A DNA stretch of 64,000 nucleotides from a virus. The position numbers were made by a program, and so were the translations under genes. The DNA lies in IMG/VR virus record IMGVR_UViG_3300042991_000236, positions 2,882 to 66,881 of that record; one strand, given 5' to 3'. Below the pieces are notes generated by a model that was not told the origin of the DNA, searched no databases, and was given only the letters and a program-made list of their open reading frames with translations. Positions within the stretch are counted from its first letter, which is position 1. Each line of letters opens with the position of its first letter. Of the stretch, positions 28,160 to 36,702 are shown piece by piece.

Positions 28160-28500
28160 TGAAGATTTGGAAGAATGACAGCACCGGTAGGGGACGCGCC
28201 CAGGGCTAACTATCATTCTTCCTCATCCCCGCGTTCCCGTCTATTTCCGGGCTGTCAGGTTTCATGTTGTCAGCTTTCCTCTGTCAGGGTCCATTTAAGC
28301 CTACCAATTATAAGTTCTGGCGCGTAGCTCTGACTTTATTGGTTGCCGCATTATCCCATGCCTTCGCGGGTGGCTATTACCGCCCGATGGATACTCGAAA
28401 TTAAAGTGGGTGATGATTCAACGTACACGGATTGGCTATCCACTCCTGAAGATTCTCAGGCAAGCAATTGGCAGTACCGGCTTTCGCTCACCACCCACAG
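28160..28500 (-). ncRNA. Candidate structured RNA cluster upstream of SSB
   Basis: About 340 nt ORF-free; stems GGAAGAATGA/TCATTCTTCC and GTGGGTG/CACCCAC; CTGACAGCCCGGAAATAGACGGG element. Confidence 0.45.
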
Positions 28501-28504
28501 CTGA

Positions 28505-28651
28505 TTAAGACTTTTTACCGCAGACAGTACAAACTGCTTTAGTAACTATTCCATGTGTAGTTACGTTGTGTACTCTGTTACCCTTGCCATACGTAGTATC
28601 TTGATAAGTATGTTCACAAGTACAATGACGTATTTCTGTTTTAGTTGCCAT
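28505..28651 (-). CDS. Small Zn-binding protein (48 aa, not in ORF track)
   Basis: Manual translation MATKTEIRHCTCEH..CTVCGKKS; AAGGAG RBS. Confidence 0.6.
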   Translation of the reverse strand: MATKTEIRHCTCEHTYQDTTYGKGNRVHNVTTHGIVTKAVCTVCGKKS

Positions 28652-28667
28652 AATGCATTCTCCTTAA

Positions 28668-29396
28668 CTATTTGTGGTAATCGTGAAGACGTTGAAGCAG
28701 AAGTTCTGCATCATTATCTATGAATGTTTCCTGTATGGACCACATGCCCATACTGGAACGGATACGATGATTAACAGTATCCTTGGTTATCTTGGTTTGA
28801 TAGACATACTTGTATCCAAGAAGAGTATCTTCTTCGCTGATATTCAACATAGGATTGGCATAGTCTTTCAGAGCTGATAGAGCAACCTTACGAGCTGTAA
28901 CGATGGTAGAGAAATAAGCTTCCACACCGTTATTCTTGGTGGCTCCCTTGATTGGTACCTTAGTTTCCACAACCATTTCATTTTCGTTGAGGACGTTAAG
29001 TACATGAGCTGTCATGATTACGTTCTTGGTTGAACGAGCAACCTTGTCCTGCATGAGCTCTTTGAAGAACTGTTGATAGTTCTGCCAGCCTTTCATAGTA
29101 TCGGCTGCTGGAAGGACGTATACGCTCTCAAACATATCCATGAGAAACGTAAGGCTGTCGATCACTATTGTATGGATAGTAGGCATATTCTCGGCTTCTT
29201 CGAACGCCTGAAATACGACCTTGGGATCGGTGACCTTTACCTGTTTGAACTTGGAAGGAAATGGTAATTTCTTGCCGGCTTCACAGTTCAGGTAAATTAC
29301 ACCTTCAGGATTGCGGAGGTTGCGGAGTGAGGCTGATTTACCTCCCCCACTTGGTCCACAGATCAGTACGAGATTGTCATTACAATCGTTTGGCAT
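28668..29396 (-). CDS. AAA ATPase, Sak4-like (N4 gp44-like)
   Basis: Walker A GPSGGGKS, IVIDSLT; synteny between primase and SSB. Confidence 0.8.
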   Translation of the reverse strand: MPNDCNDNLVLICGPSGGGKSASLRNLRNPEGVIYLNCEAGKKLPFPSKFKQVKVTDPKVVFQAFEEAENMPTIHTIVIDSLTFLMDMFESVYVLPAADTMKGWQNYQQFFKELMQDKVARSTKNVIMTAHVLNVLNENEMVVETKVPIKGATKNNGVEAYFSTIVTARKVALSALKDYANPMLNISEEDTLLGYKYVYQTKITKDTVNHRIRSSMGMWSIQETFIDNDAELLLQRLHDYHK

Positions 29397-29418
29397 ATTG
29401 GTTCCTTTTGAAATTGAA

Positions 29419-29660
29419 TTGCAGGCGGTCTTTATTACCGACACGCCGGGGAGTTTGGCAGCAACTCAGAATCGATCGAGGTGATTACTTTTACGGCACC
29501 AAAGCCTTTTCATCACGGTTGCATCTATCCTTTAACTGGTCTATCCGCCGATTCACTGACCTTTATTACACCGCCTGCAAATGAATTGTAGAATGGTAGA
29601 GAGACTTCTTTACGCCGTAGGATGTAAATACGCTCACGCTCTCCAGCTACCATTCTACAA
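29419..29660 (-). ncRNA. Candidate structured RNAs between primase and ATPase
   Basis: Perfect 14-bp stem TTGTAGAATGGTAG/CTACCATTCTACAA and 11-bp stem TTGCAGGCGGT/ACCGCCTGCAA. Confidence 0.5.
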
Positions 29661-29664
29661 ACTG

Positions 29665-31845
29665 TTAAGCTCCACCTTGCTGGTAGTATTTCTTGGCTAC
29701 CGTTTTCCGAATAGTCTGTTCGATCTCATCATTACTGAGAGGATTCTCTAGTTTCTCATTCAGACTGAGGATCTTCATGTCAATGTCAGCAAGAGCGTAG
29801 CCAGAGTCGACCAACATCAATGCATATTTCAGAAGCTGGTTGTTACGATTGCCACTGGTGATGTTGAGCATGAACCAACGCTCTACACCGTTGAGATTCT
29901 GATGGCTGAGTATGAGCTCTTTACGCTCGTCATTCTTACTGGTACGAGGAATGAAGAGTAGGGCATCCAGCATCTCTCCTGTATTCACATGGATATCTGC
30001 TCCATCGTAGGTTGCCCATTTCCTGGCGCGCTGACCGGTATCCGTATCACATTCGAATGGAAGCCAGTCATAGATGTTTCGCATGAACTCTTTGTAATCG
30101 AGCTCATTCAGCTTGAGAATGTAGTTCATAGGCAGAACCAGTCTGAACCGATGCTCTTGAGCTGTGTGGCGTTTGGTAGTATGGATGGCATAGGTGTAAT
30201 CTTTGAGCAGGACTTTAACTGTATCCAGCTTAACGCCACCGTCGACATCCAGTACCAGAAGGTTAAACCCAGGCACCATTTCTTCCTCGGCTCTCCGGCC
30301 GCTGCTTGTATGATGGCTACACCAGTGGTGATCAACCATTTTGAACAGCTCAGGAAGTTTGTCAAATGGTGCCTGAACATTCTCGTATCCAACAGCGAAG
30401 TCAGTGCTGTGGGATAGATACATCTTATCCAGCGAAGTAGGAACCAGGGTTTCACCAGAGATAAATTCGATATTGTTTTCGAACTTCCTCTTGATGATGA
30501 CGGAATTCTTATAGCCCCAGGCTATAGCCAGTTGCATAAGATCCATCTTTAGAGCCTGAGACCCTTTGTAGAAGGGCAGACTCTCGGTGAGGTCTACGTG
30601 TGTTGCCTCACGATTGATACTGGCCAGATACTTTGCCAGCTTCACATAATTCTTGTCCTGGTTCATCATGGCTTTGAATGCCTTGCCGGATTCTTCTGCC
30701 ATGGCTATAGCGTGATACAGATTGTCTTCTGTGATCTCACCATGTCCGTCTATGAATGCTAGACCTCCAGCAAGTTTGAGGGCTTTGAAATACCGGTGAC
30801 CGAGTTCAGCTTTGTAGATCTCTTCATGGTCTCCGAGCTTGTCAGCTATATCTTCACAATGAAGCTTGTACTGTATGAGGAGAAGACTGACATCTTTTGA
30901 TACCTGGATCTCTTTGCAGTAGTTGATCTCTGCAGCGAGAATAGCGAACCGGTTTGACAGAGAAGCAATCAGTGCTTCAGATGTAACACTGGTTAACTTG
31001 TCATAGATATCCGCGGCTGACAGATGTTTATTACGTCCGGAACCTTTGGTATATCCAAAGAAACAGCGTCTGCCGTAACCGGTCTGAATAAATGTCCAGA
31101 ATTCATCTTCAACCTTGGCGCCATCAAAGAGTTTGGCCGGCGTACCGAAGAGCATAAGGTTGGTTGGGGTCTTACCCTCAATCTCTTCCGATCGTACGTT
31201 CTCTTTGGTATTCTTGGTCAGTTTCTGCTTGACCTTGCCAACGTCAAAGAGTTCGAGGAAGGTTCCCAGTACGTCAACATTACCAAGTAAATTGGATCCG
31301 ATCTCATCAATCTCCAGGTTCATGGCGCCGATGTTTGCCATCAGAAGCTTGTGACGCATCTGCTTCACGGCTGCCGTAGTACCTGAGTCAAATGAGAATG
31401 CCATTTTACCAAGACTTTCATATTCCTTGACTGTCTGCAGATGCATTTCATCGAATTCGATCATAGGTGAAGTAAGGCTTGGGTTCTGGTTATGAATGTT
31501 TGTCCGTTTAACCGATAATGCCCGGAGATTCTTTTCCGACAGCTTAGGAAGAGTTTCTTCAAAGAAGACGGTCCGGAATTTGTTAATGATGTGGTCTTCC
31601 AGTAAATTGGTACTATGACCTTTACCTATACCGGAGAGCCCCAGGTTGATACCATAGAAATTGACAGGTATATCCCCCCTGTCTTTTGTCTTTATATGGA
31701 CACGCATAGTGGCTGCCATTTTACAGACGTAGTAACAGACCATCATCCGAAAGAATTGTGGGTTAGAGTTTTGTGTCTTCTCGCACAGTAACTCCACTAT
31801 CCGTTCCGTCGTTGGATGAAAGGTCAGTTTGCTGAGATCCCGCAT
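29665..31845 (-). CDS. DNA primase / primase-helicase (N4 gp43-like)
   Basis: SGIGKG, DEIGSNL, VLDVD, H..FRLVLP, GNRNNQL (PriCT-like); AAGGAGG RBS. Confidence 0.85.
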   Translation of the reverse strand: MRDLSKLTFHPTTERIVELLCEKTQNSNPQFFRMMVCYYVCKMAATMRVHIKTKDRGDIPVNFYGINLGLSGIGKGHSTNLLEDHIINKFRTVFFEETLPKLSEKNLRALSVKRTNIHNQNPSLTSPMIEFDEMHLQTVKEYESLGKMAFSFDSGTTAAVKQMRHKLLMANIGAMNLEIDEIGSNLLGNVDVLGTFLELFDVGKVKQKLTKNTKENVRSEEIEGKTPTNLMLFGTPAKLFDGAKVEDEFWTFIQTGYGRRCFFGYTKGSGRNKHLSAADIYDKLTSVTSEALIASLSNRFAILAAEINYCKEIQVSKDVSLLLIQYKLHCEDIADKLGDHEEIYKAELGHRYFKALKLAGGLAFIDGHGEITEDNLYHAIAMAEESGKAFKAMMNQDKNYVKLAKYLASINREATHVDLTESLPFYKGSQALKMDLMQLAIAWGYKNSVIIKRKFENNIEFISGETLVPTSLDKMYLSHSTDFAVGYENVQAPFDKLPELFKMVDHHWCSHHTSSGRRAEEEMVPGFNLLVLDVDGGVKLDTVKVLLKDYTYAIHTTKRHTAQEHRFRLVLPMNYILKLNELDYKEFMRNIYDWLPFECDTDTGQRARKWATYDGADIHVNTGEMLDALLFIPRTSKNDERKELILSHQNLNGVERWFMLNITSGNRNNQLLKYALMLVDSGYALADIDMKILSLNEKLENPLSNDEIEQTIRKTVAKKYYQQGGA

Positions 31846-32050
31846 AATACTCCTCCTTTGTAGTAGTAAATTGTTCACGCTTGATATCAAGCATTTCGGC
31901 TACCAATAACCTGAGTACAGGTTGTAGCCTTTCTGTTATCTCATAGGCATGGATATTCAATGCATCCAAGGAGATTTGTTCCTGTGGGGATAGAGGAGAT
32001 AGGGAAATGAATTTGGCTGTTATGTTGGTTTCCAATTGAAGCTGGCTCAT
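31763..32050 (-). CDS. Hypothetical protein
   Basis: ORF in operon with GGAG RBS; overlaps primase start. Confidence 0.4.
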   Translation of the reverse strand: MSQLQLETNITAKFISLSPLSPQEQISLDALNIHAYEITERLQPVLRLLVAEMLDIKREQFTTTKEEYYAGSQQTDLSSNDGTDSGVTVREDTKL

Positions 32051-32051
32051 G

Positions 32052-32528
32052 TCAGTCTCCCTGTGTGTAACGTTGACGGTCTTTTAAAGACACACGTTTG
32101 CGTTTGAAATCACAATGAACTTCATATTTATCAGTAGGAAAACATTTTGTTATGACCTGTTCCAGCCAAGTCAATACAGCACTGGATGATGCAAATTTAC
32201 CATCATCCATTCCTTTTTCAGGAAAAGGTACTTCATCTGCAAGATCATATGTTGAAGGACATTTCGAATTATATTCTCTGGGATGATCCCAGCAGGTAAT
32301 CCACATTTTTTCTTTTGGGTCCCAAAATGGATCTGCATCTATACGGATGTTCGGGTAATAATGCATACCACCTACTGCTGCATAGCTGCTTATGGAGATG
32401 TCTACTCTGAGTTTTATATCAGGAAATAGTTTGGATCGAAGACGATCTTCCCAGCCAGGATAATCAGCCATACATCCGCCAAAACAGCTGCCGGCACCGA
32501 TGTACTTATTTTTTTGATTGGATGACAT
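32052..32528 (-). CDS. Hypothetical protein
   Basis: ORF in operon with AAGGAG RBS. Confidence 0.55.
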   Translation of the reverse strand: MSSNQKNKYIGAGSCFGGCMADYPGWEDRLRSKLFPDIKLRVDISISSYAAVGGMHYYPNIRIDADPFWDPKEKMWITCWDHPREYNSKCPSTYDLADEVPFPEKGMDDGKFASSSAVLTWLEQVITKCFPTDKYEVHCDFKRKRVSLKDRQRYTQGD

Positions 32529-32971
32529 AAGCTTTCTCTCCTTCTTCACCAATTACACTGTCAGAGATGCGACTCATATAACCAAGATCATACAGCTCAC
32601 CAAGATCATTCTCTTCATTACGTGACAAGCCAAGATAATAAACAGTGCAACCAGATTCCAACGCCTTGAGTAATGCATTATGAATCCAGGCACCATGACA
32701 AGGTCGTGCTATTATGACCACTTCGAAGTCCTTAAAATTAACATGTTCAGCATCAATAATATAGATTTCGGTGTGGGCCTTATCTCGATAATACAGATCA
32801 ATCGGCATGTACTGTGGAATGGTCTTTTGAAGCTTTGATGCCAGTAATCCAGTACCGGCCCCCAAGCTCTACAATCTTTAACCCTTTAAGTTTACTTTCC
32901 AGCCAGATTAATCCTTGGGCTGTTGGTGTAAAGAATGTTTGAGATGGAAGCGTATCAAACAGCTCTTTCAT
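32506..32971 (-). pseudogene. Class I SAM-dependent methyltransferase-like gene, frameshifted in a G5 run
   Basis: Removing one G at 32859-32863 joins the ORFs and gives motif I KIVELGAGTGLL. Confidence 0.7.
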
Positions 32972-32972
32972 G

Positions 32973-33965
32973 TTAGATCTCCAGTAATCCGTCAGCAATT
33001 AACTGTTGGGCTTGCGAACAAATGTTGATAGCAGCACAATAATTACAGGCTTTGGCCATACCTTTAACAATATCGATACAGCCGGTACTGCCATCTTTCA
33101 ACAGACGAGTTTGAGCTTCAGCAAAACTGTCGAAGTTCTTGGTTGAACGATCTTTTGAGGCGGGATTCTTATAGTATTTGTAGACAGTAGGATCTTGCCA
33201 GAGTTCTTCCTTGGTACAAGGTGGCAGATCTTGTTCATCTTTCTTGAGATTGGCAGCGATGACTCTCAGCTGACCAGAGATCCACTGCTCTGTTTCTTTT
33301 AGAGACATCAGAGCTATGGGCACAGTCATCATACGATGTGGTGGGTAGCCCTTGTTGATCTCGATCTTCGATCTGAGCTTTGACCAGTCAGTGAATGTGT
33401 AGTTGACCAGCATACGATCACTGGTGATGATATCCGGATTGAGCCAACGATAGATAGATCCCTGGATCTTATACTTTTCGTTATTGCTGTTCTTCATGTA
33501 GGCGTAGACACCGGTGGTCTTATGATCTTCCAGCTCTCCGTCACCAACAAAGTCGAACTTACCCACAACGACAAAACCATCAAGTGGCTTTTCAGCTCTC
33601 TGCTCGATATAAACAGGGATAATATCTGGTACTGATTTGAGATCTTCCGGAGTTGGATTAACTCTGATTCTTTGAATAGTCTTTTCAGAGTATCCAAGTT
33701 TCATCAGTGCAGGAATGTATCTTCTCTGTTCCCAGCAGCGTTCAATGCTGTCATGAATCGAGGATCCGAAACTGGATGCAACCAGGTCGCTGATATCGAT
33801 TGACATATCCTTGGTTTCAGCTCGACTTGACAGAATGACTTGTCTAGGAGATTTCAACAACCTGGTTGCCGATATAGCATTTGGTCTTGGGTCGTAGTCA
33901 TAGCTATCTGTAGCTAGGAATACTGCCATGGATAATCCGATCTTGGTGTTATTTGTCAGCTTCAT
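32973..33965 (-). CDS. PD-(D/E)xK exonuclease (N4 gp42-like)
   Basis: ISATRLLK, G.SIH, EQR..GKFD..DHKTT, C-terminal CNYC..C. Confidence 0.8.
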   Translation of the reverse strand: MKLTNNTKIGLSMAVFLATDSYDYDPRPNAISATRLLKSPRQVILSSRAETKDMSIDISDLVASSFGSSIHDSIERCWEQRRYIPALMKLGYSEKTIQRIRVNPTPEDLKSVPDIIPVYIEQRAEKPLDGFVVVGKFDFVGDGELEDHKTTGVYAYMKNSNNEKYKIQGSIYRWLNPDIITSDRMLVNYTFTDWSKLRSKIEINKGYPPHRMMTVPIALMSLKETEQWISGQLRVIAANLKKDEQDLPPCTKEELWQDPTVYKYYKNPASKDRSTKNFDSFAEAQTRLLKDGSTGCIDIVKGMAKACNYCAAINICSQAQQLIADGLLEI

Positions 33966-34028
33966 AAATCTCCTTTTCAAGTGACAGAAAAACCACACCT
34001 GGCGTATCCAGATGTGGGAGGTAAACTA

Positions 34029-34043
34029 ACTGCCGGAGGCAGT
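34029..34043 (-). promoter_or_regulatory. Template-strand GGA-triloop hairpin, N4-type promoter candidate
   Basis: + strand ACTGCC-GGA-GGCAGT, intergenic. Confidence 0.55.
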
Positions 34044-34048
34044 GGAAC

Positions 34049-34453
34049 TCATTTTACAGAATAAATTTCTATTGCTACTCGAGGATTATGTCTGTCAATC
34101 CCGCCGAATTTGTATCCGGTTTCTACATAGTGTTCAAAAGTGTCATCAGGAAGTTTCTTGGCTTCGACCAGTGCATCCATAAAGAACTTATCATGAATGG
34201 AACAGACGTTGGGAGTATCAGTCTTTCTGGCAGATTTAGGGAATAAGATAAATCGTACAGCTACCTTCGATAATTCTGGAAGCTTGGCTATTTGCTCTTG
34301 CATCATACCCTTGTAAAGAATTTTGACATCGTTCAGAGTAAACCGATTTGTATTTCTGTACGTGTTCAGGTTGAGGATCCAGGATTTATCATTCATGGTT
34401 TTGCGTGGGAGATAAACCAAGAGAGGGGAAGATAGCGTAGCAACATGCTCCAT
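34049..34453 (-). CDS. RusA-like Holliday junction resolvase / endonuclease
   Basis: LNLNTYRN, D.PNV.S..DKFFMDALV..LPDD, PRV.IEI. Confidence 0.65.
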   Translation of the reverse strand: MEHVATLSSPLLVYLPRKTMNDKSWILNLNTYRNTNRFTLNDVKILYKGMMQEQIAKLPELSKVAVRFILFPKSARKTDTPNVCSIHDKFFMDALVEAKKLPDDTFEHYVETGYKFGGIDRHNPRVAIEIYSVK

Positions 34454-34615
34454 ATCATCTTCCTCGCACTTTTCTAAGGTTATTGATGTAATCGTCAAGT
34501 TGCTGTTTGGTAAGTTCAATACCATACAGCTCTTTGGCTTTCTTGAGGACTTCATCTGAATTGGTGGTTGTGTGGGCAAGAATGGATAACATCTGCAGGC
34601 GTTGTGCTTCAGTTA

Positions 34616-34894
34616 TCATATAAGACATCCAGCTATCTGATCATTACATAAATCGGTAGCATCCTTGAGCCCTCGCTGATACCACATTGCTTGCATATGA
34701 TCAACGGTGCCACCGCACTTGATGCACTTGTATTTGGAGAATAGTTTTTCTTCATCTACAACTTTAAAATCATGCGGTTTTACACAACTGTTTAAAGATT
34801 GTATATTCGTTTTGACCTCGTCCAGAATACCCATCTGTTCTTCTTTGGGTATGCCGGAAACTTTTTCCATTGTATCGAAGAAATTGTGTGCCAT
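34616..34894 (-). CDS. Hypothetical Zn-binding protein
   Basis: C..H.F and CIKCG; GGAG RBS. Confidence 0.55.
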   Translation of the reverse strand: MAHNFFDTMEKVSGIPKEEQMGILDEVKTNIQSLNSCVKPHDFKVVDEEKLFSKYKCIKCGGTVDHMQAMWYQRGLKDATDLCNDQIAGCLI

Positions 34895-34912
34895 TTGATC
34901 TCCATAACTTTA

Positions 34913-35506
34913 TTAGGCGTATTGCCAGACAAATCCATGAGCTTCAGGTCTGCCGCCTTTACAGGCGTAATTTATATTTGTTCTACAAAATCCTGTATCT
35001 CTGGCAGCTTTAGAAATAGATAAGTGTGTCTTCATATATTCGCCAGATAGTGTTAATTGTACGATTTTTTGGCATTGTCTAGTTACACGTTTACAGCTTT
35101 TTCGTTCTTCATAAGCTGCATCATTATTTTCTTTCCAAGTGACTAATCGAATATTTGTGAAAGAGTAGCCTTCAGTAGAATTTATTCTATCCACTGAAGG
35201 TCTTAAATTTTTAACATAACCACTTAACTCCCAATTATTAAACAGTCTGATTAGCCCGTTGGCATGTAGCCAATCAGACAATTCTTGTTTAGTGTACGTT
35301 GGTGGTTTATGCCCTCTTTGCACTGAAGCAGTTATTTCACCGTTGTATATATTTGAAATAATACCTGGGACAGTTTTATAGTATTTTTTAACATGCTCAG
35401 CAACACAGGATTTACATACCAAACTGTGTCCATCTTTATTGCTGGGTGCGCGTGAAAACTCTGTAAGTAGTTTTAATTTAAGGCACCTTTTGCAATTTCT
35501 CTTCAT
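34913..35506 (-). CDS. Putative HNH-type homing endonuclease with Zn ribbon and NUMOD1-like tail
   Basis: CKRC..CKSC, PSVDRIN..Y..NIRL..N, SISKAAR..AHGFVWQY. Confidence 0.75.
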   Translation of the reverse strand: MKRNCKRCLKLKLLTEFSRAPSNKDGHSLVCKSCVAEHVKKYYKTVPGIISNIYNGEITASVQRGHKPPTYTKQELSDWLHANGLIRLFNNWELSGYVKNLRPSVDRINSTEGYSFTNIRLVTWKENNDAAYEERKSCKRVTRQCQKIVQLTLSGEYMKTHLSISKAARDTGFCRTNINYACKGGRPEAHGFVWQYA

Positions 35507-36218
35507 GTTTAACAGTCCTTTCAAGTATTTGTTCTATACTGATGTAGTTAGGTAATGTACAGGCTTTACTCCAGTCTGGATAATAAATATCCAGATTCGC
35601 ACCAAGTTTTACTGTCGGATGTTGCAATTCAACAAGACCATCCCACTTCATACAATCAATCAAATTATCATTTACCCACTTAGTTATACCAGCAGTGTTC
35701 TTAAAAAACAAGTAAATTGAGTCATGAATTTGGGCACAGAGAAAGATGTCATAAATGTATGGAGAAGCCCATACCCTTTCCCTGAATTCATTGGCTGCCC
35801 GGGAGTTCAGTAGACCATAAGACTGACCCATCATATTACCAGCTGTACGGCCTTCAGCGGCTGCCTTGTATCCAAGCTTACCTGGACCATTCATCAGCAG
35901 TAAAAGCGTCCTGAGCCTCAATCCGAAGGCTCCTGTGACGTATCCATCAATCGTTGCCTGCTGTAACCGTGCAGCTACCCAATCATCAGCTTCCTTATAG
36001 AGCTCATGATAATTCGATTCAATCTTAAGAGCTGAATCCTTATCCAGACCAAGATTATTCATCAGGCCATGGAAGGTTCCCTGGTAGGTAAGCAGGAATG
36101 TAGGGGCCTTAGAGTCTTGACGTTGCTTTGGATATTTGTCTTTGATGCTGTTGATGATCTCTGGTCGTAAGCCATTATCAATTTCTTCAATCATTTCATT
36201 ACCAGTTAATTTAAACAT
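35478..36218 (-). CDS. DNA polymerase A, C-terminal subunit (motifs B and C)
   Basis: RQDSKAPTFLLTYQG, GRTAGN, QIHDS; GGAGAGG RBS before ATG at 36218. Confidence 0.88.
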   Translation of the reverse strand: MFKLTGNEMIEEIDNGLRPEIINSIKDKYPKQRQDSKAPTFLLTYQGTFHGLMNNLGLDKDSALKIESNYHELYKEADDWVAARLQQATIDGYVTGAFGLRLRTLLLLMNGPGKLGYKAAAEGRTAGNMMGQSYGLLNSRAANEFRERVWASPYIYDIFLCAQIHDSIYLFFKNTAGITKWVNDNLIDCMKWDGLVELQHPTVKLGANLDIYYPDWSKACTLPNYISIEQILERTVKHEEKLQKVP

Positions 36219-36702
36219 CACCTCTCCCATGATTTGGATGGTAACCATAAAAAATTTCAGCGTCTTTTCTGGCTTTAATAGCCTCTTGTTTATCAAGGAA
36301 ACGGCCAAGTGGAATTGGTTTAGATTCGTGCCAAATCATAGCCACCCACTTTTTACGTGATGCTGACCAGGACACACCAACAACACCTGACTGATTGTTC
36401 TTTTGTAGCCCACAGTTTCGATTATTATCTGTCATAGTGGCATCTCTTAAGTTGCCCCATTTATTATTTAATCTATTCTGATCTTCATGATCTACAAATT
36501 TAGGTAGTATACCGGTTTTCATTAGGTAGATTGCTCGATGAGTTTTTAAGGTTTTACCTTTAAAACCAAAGTATCGATAACCATCAGAACTAATATAACC
36601 GGCTTCTTCTCCAATTTTGCATTTACCTGATTGCTTCTTCCAGATGAGTTTTCCTTCTATCTCATCATAGTGAAAATACTCATGCAACTCTGTGTTTGTC
36701 AT
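36211..36702 (-). CDS. HNH-AP2 homing endonuclease splitting the DNA polymerase gene
   Basis: THR..VDHEDQNRLNN..NLR, N.SGV.GVSW..KW.A.I. Confidence 0.9.
   Translation of the reverse strand: MTNTELHEYFHYDEIEGKLIWKKQSGKCKIGEEAGYISSDGYRYFGFKGKTLKTHRAIYLMKTGILPKFVDHEDQNRLNNKWGNLRDATMTDNNRNCGLQKNNQSGVVGVSWSASRKKWVAMIWHESKPIPLGRFLDKQEAIKARKDAEIFYGYHPNHGRGDV

Noticed and set aside
28095-29664. tRNA genes in the structured intergenic regions
   Set aside because: No cloverleaf with a GTTCRA T-loop and acceptor stem recognised by eye; tRNAscan-SE would be needed to exclude atypical ones
36211-36702. Group I intron around the HNH-AP2 gene in DNA polymerase
   Set aside because: The ORFs overlap on both sides, no core elements like those at 47804-48672 are visible, and the downstream half has its own RBS
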